DNA of 64,000 nt, taken from contig JAQWDY010000002.1 in NCBI GenBank assembly GCA_028705215.1, positions 24,759-88,758 of the forward strand, written 5' to 3'. This DNA comes from Patescibacteria group bacterium (GTDB lineage Bacteria > Patescibacteriota > Patescibacteriia > Patescibacteriales > UBA12465). A program made the position numbers and the translations under genes. Positions 36,736 to 45,764 of the stretch are shown here, in pieces. A model generated the notes under the pieces. The model saw only the letters and a list, made by a program, of their open reading frames with translations. It was not told the DNA's origin and ran no database searches. The first letter of the stretch is position 1, and every line of letters starts with the position of its first letter.

Positions 36736-38167
36736 GATTTTTTACAACTATTTTTTGTCCTTCTGTTATGTCCTCTAAGGTAAAACCAAGACTTATTATC
36801 TCCTCCCTTAATTTATCGGCCCTTGTCCAATCTTTTTTCAGTCTCGCCTCCTCCCTTTTATTTAGAAGCTCTACTATCTTCTTGGTTAACTTTAAATTAA
36901 AGCCTTCTATTTTACTACCCCAAGGCTTAATTGCCTCTTGTTTTTTCTCCACCTTACCCAAATCAAGACCAAGCACACGATCAAAATCTAAAATTGTTGC
37001 TTTTTTATCTTTATCTTTAATTTTAGATTTTAGAACTTGAGACAACAAAGCCAAGGCTTGAGGGATGTTTAGGTCATTATTGATAACCTGTTTAAATTTC
37101 ATCTGAAAGTTTAAATCGACTTCTCCTAGCTCTTCACCCAATGCTGCCACTGCAGATCTTAAATTATTTAAAGAATTTTGTCCTTGTTGTAAAGATTTTA
37201 GACTATACTCCATCATCTTTCTATAATGAACTTGACAAACAGCAAAACGATACGCCAAAGGGTCAATATTTTTATCCTCCAAGGCTGATTTAAGAGTAAC
37301 AAAATTCTTACCGCTTTTAGCCATTTTTTTACCGTTACCCATGTTTAAGAAAGCTCCGTGTAGCCAATAATTGAAAAATTTCTTTCCTGTTGCTGATTCT
37401 GATTGCGCAATTTCATTGGTATGATGGATATTAATATGATCAATTCCACCACAATGAATATCTAAATTATTTCTTAAATATTTTAAACTCATCGCTGAGC
37501 ACTCAAGATGCCAACCAGGAAAACCGATCCCCCAAGGAGATTTCCACTCCATCTGCCTTAATCCTACGGGCAAAGAAAACTTCCATAGCGCAAAATCAGT
37601 TGGATTCTTTTTTTCTGGATTTTTTTCCACTCGTGCCCCTTCTTTTAATTCTTCAAGTGGCAGATGACTTAATTTGTTATAATCGGAAACCAAAGAAGTA
37701 TTAAAGTAAACTCCATCTTTAGTAATGTAGGTATAACCCTTTTTTTCCAATTCTTTAATTAAGTCAATTTGCTCTTTAATATGATCACTTGCTTTGCACC
37801 AAATATCAGGAAAATTGATATTTAACTTATTTAAATCTTGTAAAAAAGCCTGCGTATAAAATTCAGCAATATCCCACGCAGTCTTTCCTTCCCGTCTTGC
37901 GCCACTTTCAATTTTATCCTCACCCATATCCATGTCACCGGTTAAATGCCCCACATCAGTAATATTCATAACATGTTTTACTTGATAACTATTATAAACC
38001 AAAGTTCTCTTTAGCAAGTCTTCAAATAAAAACGTACGCAAATTACCTAAATGCGCAAAATTATAAACTGTTGGCCCACAAGTATAAAGACCAACCAGTT
38101 TATCATCAATCGGTTTAAACTCTTCTTTGCAACGACTTAAAGTGTTGTATAAATAAATTTTTTCCAT
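36728..38167 (-). CDS. cysS: cysteine--tRNA ligase
   Basis: CGPTVYNFAHLGNLRT (HIGH-type) and KMAKSGKN (KMSKS-type). Confidence 0.95.
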   Translation of the reverse strand: MEKIYLYNTLSRCKEEFKPIDDKLVGLYTCGPTVYNFAHLGNLRTFLFEDLLKRTLVYNSYQVKHVMNITDVGHLTGDMDMGEDKIESGARREGKTAWDIAEFYTQAFLQDLNKLNINFPDIWCKASDHIKEQIDLIKELEKKGYTYITKDGVYFNTSLVSDYNKLSHLPLEELKEGARVEKNPEKKNPTDFALWKFSLPVGLRQMEWKSPWGIGFPGWHLECSAMSLKYLRNNLDIHCGGIDHINIHHTNEIAQSESATGKKFFNYWLHGAFLNMGNGKKMAKSGKNFVTLKSALEDKNIDPLAYRFAVCQVHYRKMMEYSLKSLQQGQNSLNNLRSAVAALGEELGEVDLNFQMKFKQVINNDLNIPQALALLSQVLKSKIKDKDKKATILDFDRVLGLDLGKVEKKQEAIKPWGSKIEGFNLKLTKKIVELLNKREEARLKKDWTRADKLREEIISLGFTLEDITEGQKIVVKNHE

Positions 38168-38169
38168 AA

Positions 38170-38775
38170 TTATTCAAATTTAAGAGGAATGCTTATATAA
38201 GCATCATTCTCTTTTAAACCTGAGGGATTGGCTCTATGCACTATTAAATTTCCCTCACTTTCTTCAGTTTCAAAATTTAAGGTAGCAGAAAAAGGAACAA
38301 AATCTTCCGTCATCCAATCAGCTTCAGCACTAGCATAAGAAGTAGCAATTATTTCTTTAGACTTTGTTTCCATAGTCAGCGGAAAAGTAGCTTCAAAAAA
38401 CCAAACACCACGAGCCATGCCTTTTATATTTAAAGGTGAGCTAACACTCACGCCAGGGAGAGGGTAGCTTACCAAGACATTAACAATCTCCTTTTGACTG
38501 TTAGCGCTTGGCAACTCTTTTATTACTTCGCACTCTTCCTCAAATGGGCGCAAACACTTAACCTTACTTTCACACCAAACATAACCAGCAGACGTTATGC
38601 AGCCATGCTCATCTCTATCAGCGCCTAAAAGATCATCGTTATCATCGAAAACAAAAGGCGGATCAAAATAAATTGGCTTATTATCAAAATTAATTGGCCC
38701 ATTTACAACACGTAACACTAAGGCAGAAAAAAGAATAAGAACAGCAATTATAAGTAAAAAATATTTTTTATACAT
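38170..38775 (-). CDS. membrane-anchored protein with a C-terminal Gmad2-like Ig domain
   Basis: N-terminal TM anchor. The C-terminus, SPLNIKGMARGVWFFEATFPL...DFVPFSATLNFE, resembles the Gmad2 immunoglobulin-like domain. Confidence 0.55.
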   Translation of the reverse strand: MYKKYFLLIIAVLILFSALVLRVVNGPINFDNKPIYFDPPFVFDDNDDLLGADRDEHGCITSAGYVWCESKVKCLRPFEEECEVIKELPSANSQKEIVNVLVSYPLPGVSVSSPLNIKGMARGVWFFEATFPLTMETKSKEIIATSYASAEADWMTEDFVPFSATLNFETEESEGNLIVHRANPSGLKENDAYISIPLKFE

Positions 38776-38829
38776 AATCCTTAATCTAAGTAACTTATAA
38801 ATTCTAGCTATATTTTAACACAATTGCAA

Positions 38830-38868
38830 AAAAAAGATAATAAAAAGCTCGCTTTTTAAGGCGAGCTT
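38830..38868 (-). terminator. intrinsic terminator
   Basis: Minus strand AAGCUCGC-CUUAAAAA-GCGAGCUU followed by UUUAUUAUCUUUUUUUU. Confidence 0.75.
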
Positions 38869-38876
38869 AATGCTTT

Positions 38877-39344
38877 TTAGATTAATTCTAAAAGTGAGAC
38901 CTTGTCGTAGGTTTTGCGAAAAATTTGAATTACAGTTTTACCCTCCCTTTTGGCAACAAAGGGGATAACTGACAAAAAATCATTAATTGGATAAAGTGTT
39001 CCAGCACGAAAGGCTCTTAATCTTTCCTGGCAGACTGGATGTTTGCAACAGGTTAACTTAATAGTAGTTGTGCCAACATTAGGAAGAAGAAAAAAGTGAA
39101 CCTTGTTTTTATGACAAAAGGGACATTTTTTATTTACCTCCAAATTCCTGATTTTTTGCCGTAGGCGATAAATCGCTAATTCCAATTTTTCATCTTTTCT
39201 TACACTATCATCATAACGATAAAGGTAAAAACGACTATAAACCTGACCAACATAAAAAGGATCGTTAATAAAAACCCACTCAAGACTTTTGTTTTTATAT
39301 CTTCCACTAGAGAAAATATAAGACTCATTTACTTTTTTTCCCAT
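38877..39344 (-). CDS. hypothetical protein with a Cys-rich (zinc-ribbon-like) segment
   Basis: 155 aa, with CPFCHKN ... CCKHPVCQ. I recognise no family. Confidence 0.45.
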   Translation of the reverse strand: MGKKVNESYIFSSGRYKNKSLEWVFINDPFYVGQVYSRFYLYRYDDSVRKDEKLELAIYRLRQKIRNLEVNKKCPFCHKNKVHFFLLPNVGTTTIKLTCCKHPVCQERLRAFRAGTLYPINDFLSVIPFVAKREGKTVIQIFRKTYDKVSLLELI

Positions 39345-39407
39345 TATTAAATTGTTTTTGGTGCTGATTCTAATCTAACATAAAATAGCTAAAAAAGTCA
39401 AGGTAAT

Positions 39408-39543
39408 AAAAAAGGGCTGGAATCACTCCACCCCTTTATTGCGAACACCTTTTTAGCGTTCTTAATGTTATTTAACCACATCATTACATCAATCTCACTC
39501 AAGCCAGTCTTGGTTAAATTAACATATTAGCACATTAACAATT
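39408..39543 (-). ncRNA. candidate small structured RNA or cis-regulatory leader (unclassified)
   Basis: It is bounded by a near-consensus promoter (39550-39578) and an intrinsic terminator (39408-39437). Two internal helices are visible, one with a G-U pair that exists only in the minus-strand RNA. There is no credible ORF. Confidence 0.4.
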
Positions 39544-39549
39544 AGATTC

Positions 39550-39578
39550 ATTCTAAAACAAGTAAAACAAATTGTCAA
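39550..39578 (-). promoter_or_regulatory. near-consensus sigma70 promoter (TTGACA-17-TAGAAT) with no ORF behind it
   Basis: On the minus strand, TTGACA (39578-39573), a 17-nt spacer and TAGAAT (39555-39550). Confidence 0.5.
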
Positions 39579-39639
39579 TATTTATAAGCTAAAAAATTAA
39601 CAATTCGCAGAAAATAGCAAAACGGGTTATAATTAATAA

Positions 39640-40257
39640 ATGCTTGATTTAAACACAGAAAGAAAAATAATAAATAACGGTTACCCTCTAATAGGTGGTA
39701 TTGACGAGGCGGGTCGCGGCCCCTTAGCAGGACCAGTGGTGGCTGCCTGTGTTGTTATAGACGCAAATTTTAATATAGACAATAATGATTTAGCGCTAGT
39801 AGCCGATTCAAAAACCTTAAGTCCAGCAAAAAGAAATGCCCTTTTTAAAATAATTAAAGATAATGTTTTGGCAGTAGAAATTGGGGTTGTTGATAATGAT
39901 ATAATTGATAAAATAAACATCTTACAAGCCAGTTTTTTAGCCATGCGTCGCTCTTTAAAAAAAATCCCGCTAAAGCCGGATTTCATTTTAGTCGATGGCA
40001 AGCTCCCTATTCCTCGCATTACAACTCCACAAAAAGCAATTATTGGTGGCGACAGTAATACCTGGGTAATTGCCGCTGCCTCTATTATAGCTAAGGTAAG
40101 TCGTGATTGGCTAATGACTGAATTTCATAAAAAATACCCTGAATATAATTTTGAAAAACACAAAGGATACGGCACAAAAGAGCATATGCGAGCCCTTTTA
40201 AAATTTGGCCCCTGCCCTATTCATCGCCTATCTTTTGCCCCCTTAAAAAAAGATTAA
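39640..40257 (+). CDS. rnhB: ribonuclease HII
   Basis: GIDEAGRGPLAGPVVAA and DSK, plus full-length similarity. Confidence 0.93.
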   Translation: MLDLNTERKIINNGYPLIGGIDEAGRGPLAGPVVAACVVIDANFNIDNNDLALVADSKTLSPAKRNALFKIIKDNVLAVEIGVVDNDIIDKINILQASFLAMRRSLKKIPLKPDFILVDGKLPIPRITTPQKAIIGGDSNTWVIAAASIIAKVSRDWLMTEFHKKYPEYNFEKHKGYGTKEHMRALLKFGPCPIHRLSFAPLKKD

Positions 40258-42044
40258 GTTGTTGTTTTACGAGCCTGATTTCGAGCATTCTCAGTTAAAT
40301 GTTTTTTTCTTAATCTTATGCTTTGTGGGGTTATCTCTAAATACTCATCATCATTTATTAAACTCAAACCTCTCTCTAAGCTTAATTCCAAGGGCGGAAT
40401 TAATATAATTGCTTCATCAGAACCAGAAGCACGAACATTGGTAAGTTTTTTACCTTTAACTGGATTAACAGACATATCATTTCCTTTAGAAACATTGCCA
40501 ATCACCATTCCCTCGTAGACATCGGTGTTTGATTTTATATACAACACCCCTCTTTCTTGTAAATTCCAAAGAGAATAAGCAAGCGCCTTGCCAGCAATCA
40601 TTGAGACCATGGAGCCAAGACTATGGGCCTCAATCTTATCAGCCATTGGCTTAAAACCAATAAAGCGTGAGCACAATATTCCATCTCCCTTAGTGTCAAC
40701 TATAAATTCTTCTCGATAACCAAGTAAACCACGGGTGGGTATAGAGAACACTAATCTTGTATGCGCATTTTCTGTTTTTAAATCTAACATTTCTCCACGT
40801 CTTTTCGCAATTTTTTCAATAACAACGCCAGAACAATTTTCTGGTATATCAAGAATTAATTCCTCAAAAGGCTCCATCTTTACCCCACCCTCTTCTTTAA
40901 TAATCGCTTCCGGTTTTGAAACTTGTAATTCAAATCCTTCACGACGCATATTTTCAAGTAAAACTGCGATGTGTAATTCACCTCGACCATAAACCTTAAA
41001 TAAGCTGTTATCAGAAAAATCAATTCGTAACCCCACATTTACCTCAAGCTCCTTTTCAAGTCTTTCTTTAATTTGACGACTGGTAACAAATTTTCCTTCT
41101 CGACCTGCAAATGGCGAACTATTAACTAAAAAGTCTAAACAGATTGTTGGCTCATCAATAGAAATTGCTGGTAACGATTCTTGATTATTTTTTTCACAAA
41201 TTGTCTCCCCAATAAAAATATCTGGCAGTCCGGCAACCAAAACAATGTCACCAGCTACTACCTCTTTTTCCTCTTGGCGGCTTAAACCCTGCCAACTAAA
41301 TAATTTTGTGATTTTACCAGAACGACTAAGACCATTTTTATCTTTAATAAATACACTTTGACCGCTTTTAATTTTTCCTTCATAAATACGGCAAATCGCT
41401 AGGCGCCCCAAAAAGTTATCGTAAGCTAAATTAAAAGGTTGAGCCAATAACAGGGTATCGCTTACTTCACGAGATGCTACCGGCACCTTATCTACTATCA
41501 TGTCCAAGAGGGGATCTAAATTAGACGCTAATTCTTTACTATCAAGTCCTGCCTGTCCCATTTTGGAAACAGCATAAACAACTGAAAAGTCTAATTGTTT
41601 ATCAGAGGCGCCTAAATCTAAAAACAGTTCATAAACCATCTCTAAAACCATTTCTGGTCGCGCCGCAGGTTTATCTACTTTATTGATAACAACAATTGGT
41701 TCCAATCCTAATTCTAAAGATTTCTTTAAAACAAATTTAGTCTGAGGCATTGGTCCTTCCTGCGCATCAACTAAAAGCAAAACTGAATCAATAGAACGAA
41801 GAACTCTTTCTACTTCGGAGCTAAAATCAGCGTGCCCCGGAGTGTCAATAATATTAATTTTGCTGTTTTTATAGAAAAAACTAGCATTTTTTGCATAAAT
41901 TGTAATACCACGCTCTTGTTCGATAGAGTCACTATCCATACTGGTTTCCTCTGCTACTAAACCAGCTTGTCTTAAAATTGCATCAGTTAAAGTTGTTTTA
42001 CCGTGATCAACGTGAGCAATAATAGCAATATTTCTTATATCCAT
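40254..42044 (-). CDS. typA: translational GTPase TypA/BipA
   Basis: [28 protein letters not shown] and an EF-G-like domain layout. Confidence 0.95.
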   Translation of the reverse strand: MDIRNIAIIAHVDHGKTTLTDAILRQAGLVAEETSMDSDSIEQERGITIYAKNASFFYKNSKINIIDTPGHADFSSEVERVLRSIDSVLLLVDAQEGPMPQTKFVLKKSLELGLEPIVVINKVDKPAARPEMVLEMVYELFLDLGASDKQLDFSVVYAVSKMGQAGLDSKELASNLDPLLDMIVDKVPVASREVSDTLLLAQPFNLAYDNFLGRLAICRIYEGKIKSGQSVFIKDKNGLSRSGKITKLFSWQGLSRQEEKEVVAGDIVLVAGLPDIFIGETICEKNNQESLPAISIDEPTICLDFLVNSSPFAGREGKFVTSRQIKERLEKELEVNVGLRIDFSDNSLFKVYGRGELHIAVLLENMRREGFELQVSKPEAIIKEEGGVKMEPFEELILDIPENCSGVVIEKIAKRRGEMLDLKTENAHTRLVFSIPTRGLLGYREEFIVDTKGDGILCSRFIGFKPMADKIEAHSLGSMVSMIAGKALAYSLWNLQERGVLYIKSNTDVYEGMVIGNVSKGNDMSVNPVKGKKLTNVRASGSDEAIILIPPLELSLERGLSLINDDEYLEITPQSIRLRKKHLTENARNQARKTTT

Positions 42045-42060
42045 AAATTTTTTGAAAATA

Positions 42061-42090
42061 AAACACGGCTTTTAATGTTAAGCCGTGTTT
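42061..42090 (-). promoter_or_regulatory. 10-bp perfect hairpin in the typA 5' leader (terminator-like)
   Basis: AAACACGGCU-UAACAUUAAA-AGCCGUGUUU followed by UAUUUUC. It lies between the typA promoter and the ATG at 42044. Confidence 0.5.
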
Positions 42091-42103
42091 CAGGGCCGAA
42101 ATT

Positions 42104-42132
42104 ATTATAGTTAAATTCTATAATTCTGTCAA
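42104..42132 (-). promoter_or_regulatory. perfect-consensus sigma70 promoter (TTGACA-17-TATAAT) upstream of typA
   Basis: On the minus strand, TTGACA (42132-42127), a 17-nt spacer and TATAAT (42109-42104). Confidence 0.65.
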
Positions 42133-42177
42133 CAAAAAAATATATAATTATAAATTATTTAAATATTAAATTAATAT

Positions 42178-42333
42178 CTATCCTAAAAGACCTTTCCAGG
42201 TTAAATCAAATAAAGTATAAAAAAATAAAGAAGCAATAATAACGCCCGCGATCAAACCCGACAATGAAGAGGCAATTAATTTTCCTAGCGACCATTTAAA
42301 ATTTGCTTTTTCGCTGGAAATAAATTCTGCCAC
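42178..42333 (-). CDS. possible small membrane protein (51 aa, GTG start), absent from the ORF track
   Basis: My hand translation is VAEFISSEKANFKWSLGKLIASSLSGLIAGVIIASLFFYTLFDLTWKGLLG*. It has one clean TM helix. The ORF lies 40 nt after the hisS stop and before the typA promoter. Confidence 0.3.
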   Translation of the reverse strand: MAEFISSEKANFKWSLGKLIASSLSGLIAGVIIASLFFYTLFDLTWKGLLG

Positions 42334-42373
42334 AAACTCGCGTTTAATTTTTTTTATAGATTTATGTTATTAT

Positions 42374-43696
42374 CTATATTATAAATTTTTTAATGATTTC
42401 TTCACCGGTTGCCATATTCTTAATCTTATACTCCCCCTTTTCTTTTTCCGCTTGAGCAAAAATAATTACCATATCTACATTTTTCTTATCAGCAAAATCT
42501 AAAGCCTTACTCATTTTTTGTACATCTAATCCCATGAATACATTTTTACCCTCACGACGTAACAAATCTGCTAACACTAGTGTTTCGCGGTCCAATTCTT
42601 TATCAAGTAATGGCAAAAAATACAATTTATCAAAACAATTTACTGTCGGTAATATATTCCAGCTTTCTAAGAATAAACGAAACGTTTCATCTCCTGGCGC
42701 AAATCCAACTGCGGGGAAATTTTTTTCTCCAAAAATTTCTGCTAAACCATTATAACGACCCCCACCAAACATCGCACGATTATTAGCTGGATGCTTATCA
42801 AACATCTCAAAGACAATGCCCGAATAATAATCAAAGCCTCTAATAATAGCTGGATTAAATTCAACAAAATCTTGATAACCTAATTGTTTTAACTTTATCA
42901 GTACTTCATCAAGTTCAGCAAAACCTAAGCTATCTTTTAAAGAAGGAATTTTTTCGGCCAAGTCAGCTAGAGACGAGCTATCCATGAATTTTTTTATTAT
43001 CTCTATTCCGACTGACTTTAGGCCTGTTTCTTTTAGCCTTATAAGTATCTCCTCCTTCTTAATTTTTTGCCACTTATCAAGCGTGCGAACCACTATCATT
43101 TTGCTTTCTTCAGATAATTTATCTGCACCCGCTAAACTTAACATCTGATTTAATAAGTTGCGGCTATTTAAAGCAAGGCTAAATGAATTCTTTGGCGGCT
43201 TAAACTCTAAAACTAAATCAAGCGCCAGTTGCATTACCTCTAAATCTGCGCGTCTTGAATCACTGCCAAAAATGTCACAATTTAATTGCCAAAACTCACG
43301 ATTACGACCACGTTGCGGTCTTTCGTTGCGCATAAAATTGGCTATTGAAAAATACTTTATCGGTTTAGCCGCGCTATGATAAATTTTAGAAACCATTCTG
43401 GTTACCGATGGTGTCATCTCCGGTCTAATCGCTAACTCGCGACCACCTAAATCCTGAAAACTTAAAAGCTCTTTCCCACCCACATCTTCACCTGACTTAG
43501 CACGATAAACATCTGCGCTTTCCACTAAAGGACTTAAATACTCCTCAAAACCATAACGACGACAAACTCGTCTCCAAGCTGAAAATATGGCCCGTCTTAT
43601 ATTCAATTCTTCGGGAAACCAATCTCTTGTTCCTTTTGGCTCTTTAAGCGATAACATTTTTTTGCAATTTAATTTAATCTGTTTTAATTTTACCAT
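42374..43696 (-). CDS. hisS: histidine--tRNA ligase
   Basis: PKGTRDWFPEE, ELAIRPEMT, FRNERPQRGRNREFWQ and GGGRYNGL. An alternative ATG at 43657 (MLSLKEPKG) is equally plausible. Confidence 0.93.
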   Translation of the reverse strand: MVKLKQIKLNCKKMLSLKEPKGTRDWFPEELNIRRAIFSAWRRVCRRYGFEEYLSPLVESADVYRAKSGEDVGGKELLSFQDLGGRELAIRPEMTPSVTRMVSKIYHSAAKPIKYFSIANFMRNERPQRGRNREFWQLNCDIFGSDSRRADLEVMQLALDLVLEFKPPKNSFSLALNSRNLLNQMLSLAGADKLSEESKMIVVRTLDKWQKIKKEEILIRLKETGLKSVGIEIIKKFMDSSSLADLAEKIPSLKDSLGFAELDEVLIKLKQLGYQDFVEFNPAIIRGFDYYSGIVFEMFDKHPANNRAMFGGGRYNGLAEIFGEKNFPAVGFAPGDETFRLFLESWNILPTVNCFDKLYFLPLLDKELDRETLVLADLLRREGKNVFMGLDVQKMSKALDFADKKNVDMVIIFAQAEKEKGEYKIKNMATGEEIIKKFII

Positions 43697-43821
43697 TTTT
43701 CTATATTTTTAGGCAAATACAGCCCAATCTTTTTTATTTTTATTTAAGATTATATTTAAATCAAATTAAGGCATAATATTTTATAATAATAATATTATTA
43801 TTAATATAATTAAATAACACT

Positions 43822-44508
43822 ATGAAAATATTATTAATCGAAGACGACGCCTTAATAGCTTCTATTTTAAAAAAATCACTAAACCTAAAATTATGGCTCC
43901 TTGAACTTGCCACTGATGGGGAGATTGGCTTAAAACTAGCTCTTCGAGGCACATATGATCTTATTATTTTAGACTTATCTTTACCAAAAAAATCTGGTCA
44001 GGATGTTATCAAGGAAATAAGAAAAAGAGATTTAAAAATTCCCATTATTATTCTTAGCGTCAAATCAGAAATAAGAGATAAAAAGAAACTTTTTTCATTA
44101 GGTGCAGACGATTATCTTACCAAGCCTTTTATCTGCGATGAGTTAATTATGCGCATTGAAGCTTTACTCCGTCGTCCCCAAAAAATAAAAAACAAAGATT
44201 TTCGACTTGGTCCAATTTTTTTCAAAAACCAAAAGAATATTTTCTACTACAATAAAAAGGAGCTTTATCTTACAAAAAAAGAGCACAATCTTCTGCTCTT
44301 TATGCTTAAGAGAAAAAATGAAATTGTATCTAAAGGAGAACTGCTAGAACATGTTTGGTCTTATAAAACAAATCCTAATTCAAATTCTATTGAAACCCAT
44401 ATTGCTATATTAAGAAAAAAACTTCAACAAAAAGATGGCTCCTCCCTTATTCACACCTTTCCTGGTCGTGGCTACAGATTGAGTCTTAAAAAAATTTCAG
44501 ATGCTTAA
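43822..44508 (+). CDS. OmpR-family response regulator (receiver + winged-helix)
   Basis: MKILLIEDD, DLIILDLSLP, ILSV and LTKPF in the receiver domain. The C-terminal part reads LTKKEHNLLLFML...TFPGRGYRL. Confidence 0.9.
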   Translation: MKILLIEDDALIASILKKSLNLKLWLLELATDGEIGLKLALRGTYDLIILDLSLPKKSGQDVIKEIRKRDLKIPIIILSVKSEIRDKKKLFSLGADDYLTKPFICDELIMRIEALLRRPQKIKNKDFRLGPIFFKNQKNIFYYNKKELYLTKKEHNLLLFMLKRKNEIVSKGELLEHVWSYKTNPNSNSIETHIAILRKKLQQKDGSSLIHTFPGRGYRLSLKKISDA

Positions 44509-45658
44509 TTTTTTCTGGTAAATATTCTTGATTTTTATCATCTTCAAGGGGTGTATATTTATAATCTTTGCCATATCCTAAATCTGACATTAATTTAGTT
44601 GGCGAGTTGCGTAAATGAAGTGGAATAGATAAATTTCCGCTTTTTAAAACTTCAGCACGTGCCTTCTGATACGCTTGGTATGCAGCTATACTTTTAGCTG
44701 ATTTTGCTAAATAAATAACGCAGTGTGCCAAATTTACCGCTGCTTCAGGCATGCCAATTTTATGGCAGGCATCATAGGTAGTGCTAGCTAGCAATATAGC
44801 GCTATTATTAGCTAGGCCAACATCTTCAGAGGCAAAACGAATTAAACGACGAGCAATGTATAGCGGATCTTCTCCAGCTTCTAACATTCTTGCTAAATAA
44901 TAAAGAGCAGCATCGGCGCTACCGCCCCGCATTGATTTATGTAGAGCTGAAATTAAATTATAATGTTCCTCTCCTTTCTTGTCGTATAAAAGTTGTGGCT
45001 TATTCGCTATTTCCTTTACTAATTTAACACTAATGTCTTTATTGTACAGATAAGCGCTTTCAAGTAAGCCTAGGGCCCGACGTGCATCGCCGTTAGCAAG
45101 GTTTGCAATTATGTTAACTACTTCTTTTTTTAAGGAAATACCAAGATTTTTTGTTGCTCGCTTTATAATTAAAATGAGCGCTTCTTCAGATAAGGCTTCA
45201 AGCAAAACCACTTTAACTCGCGATAATAAAGCACCACCAATAGCAAAACTGGGGTTCTCAGTAGTAGCACCAATTAATATTAAAGTTCCTGTTTCCACAT
45301 GAGGCAGTAGAGCGTCTTGCTGAGTTTTATTCCAACGATGTATTTCATCAACAAATAAACAAGTTTTTTGTCCCAGACGTCGATTTTGCTCAGCCCGCTC
45401 CACAACTTGTTTTAAATCTTTAATGCCGCTAGAAGTAGCACTTAATTCGATAAAATCAGCTTTTGTTTCTCGCGCAATAATGAAAGCTAAAGTTGTTTTG
45501 CCGCTTCCCGGTGGCCCCCAAAAAACAAGAGATGGCACCCTATCTTCAGAAATAGCGCGCATAAGCCAGGTATCAGAAGCAATTATTTTATTTTGACCAA
45601 CAAAATCTGAAATTTTCTGTGGCCTCATCTGAGCTGCTAGCGGTGTCATGTCTTTCAT
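44486..45658 (-). CDS. rarA: replication-associated recombination protein A (AAA+ ATPase)
   Basis: FWGPPGSGKTTLA, LFVDEIHRWNK and the C-terminal MgsA helical domain (HYNLISALHKSMRGGSADAALYYL). Confidence 0.92.
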   Translation of the reverse strand: MKDMTPLAAQMRPQKISDFVGQNKIIASDTWLMRAISEDRVPSLVFWGPPGSGKTTLAFIIARETKADFIELSATSSGIKDLKQVVERAEQNRRLGQKTCLFVDEIHRWNKTQQDALLPHVETGTLILIGATTENPSFAIGGALLSRVKVVLLEALSEEALILIIKRATKNLGISLKKEVVNIIANLANGDARRALGLLESAYLYNKDISVKLVKEIANKPQLLYDKKGEEHYNLISALHKSMRGGSADAALYYLARMLEAGEDPLYIARRLIRFASEDVGLANNSAILLASTTYDACHKIGMPEAAVNLAHCVIYLAKSAKSIAAYQAYQKARAEVLKSGNLSIPLHLRNSPTKLMSDLGYGKDYKYTPLEDDKNQEYLPEKIKHLKFF

Positions 45659-45711
45659 ATTAATAATTATTATTAGATAATTTTCTCATAAAAAAGGCAA
45701 AAAATCAACTT

Positions 45712-45744
45712 AATAATAAAAAAATCCCATCATTTTAATGGGAC
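45712..45744 (-). terminator. intrinsic terminator
   Basis: Minus strand UCCCAU-UAAAAUG-AUGGGA followed by UUUUUUUAUUAUU. Confidence 0.65.
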
Positions 45745-45764
45745 TTTAAATTATAAATCATAGC

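Noticed and set aside
40254-40257. Convergent gene-end overlaps: rnhB/typA share TTAA as overlapping stop codons, and the response regulator and rarA overlap by 23 nt (44486-44508).
   Set aside because: This is real but consistent with general genome compaction. There is no specific signal beyond possible transcriptional interference.
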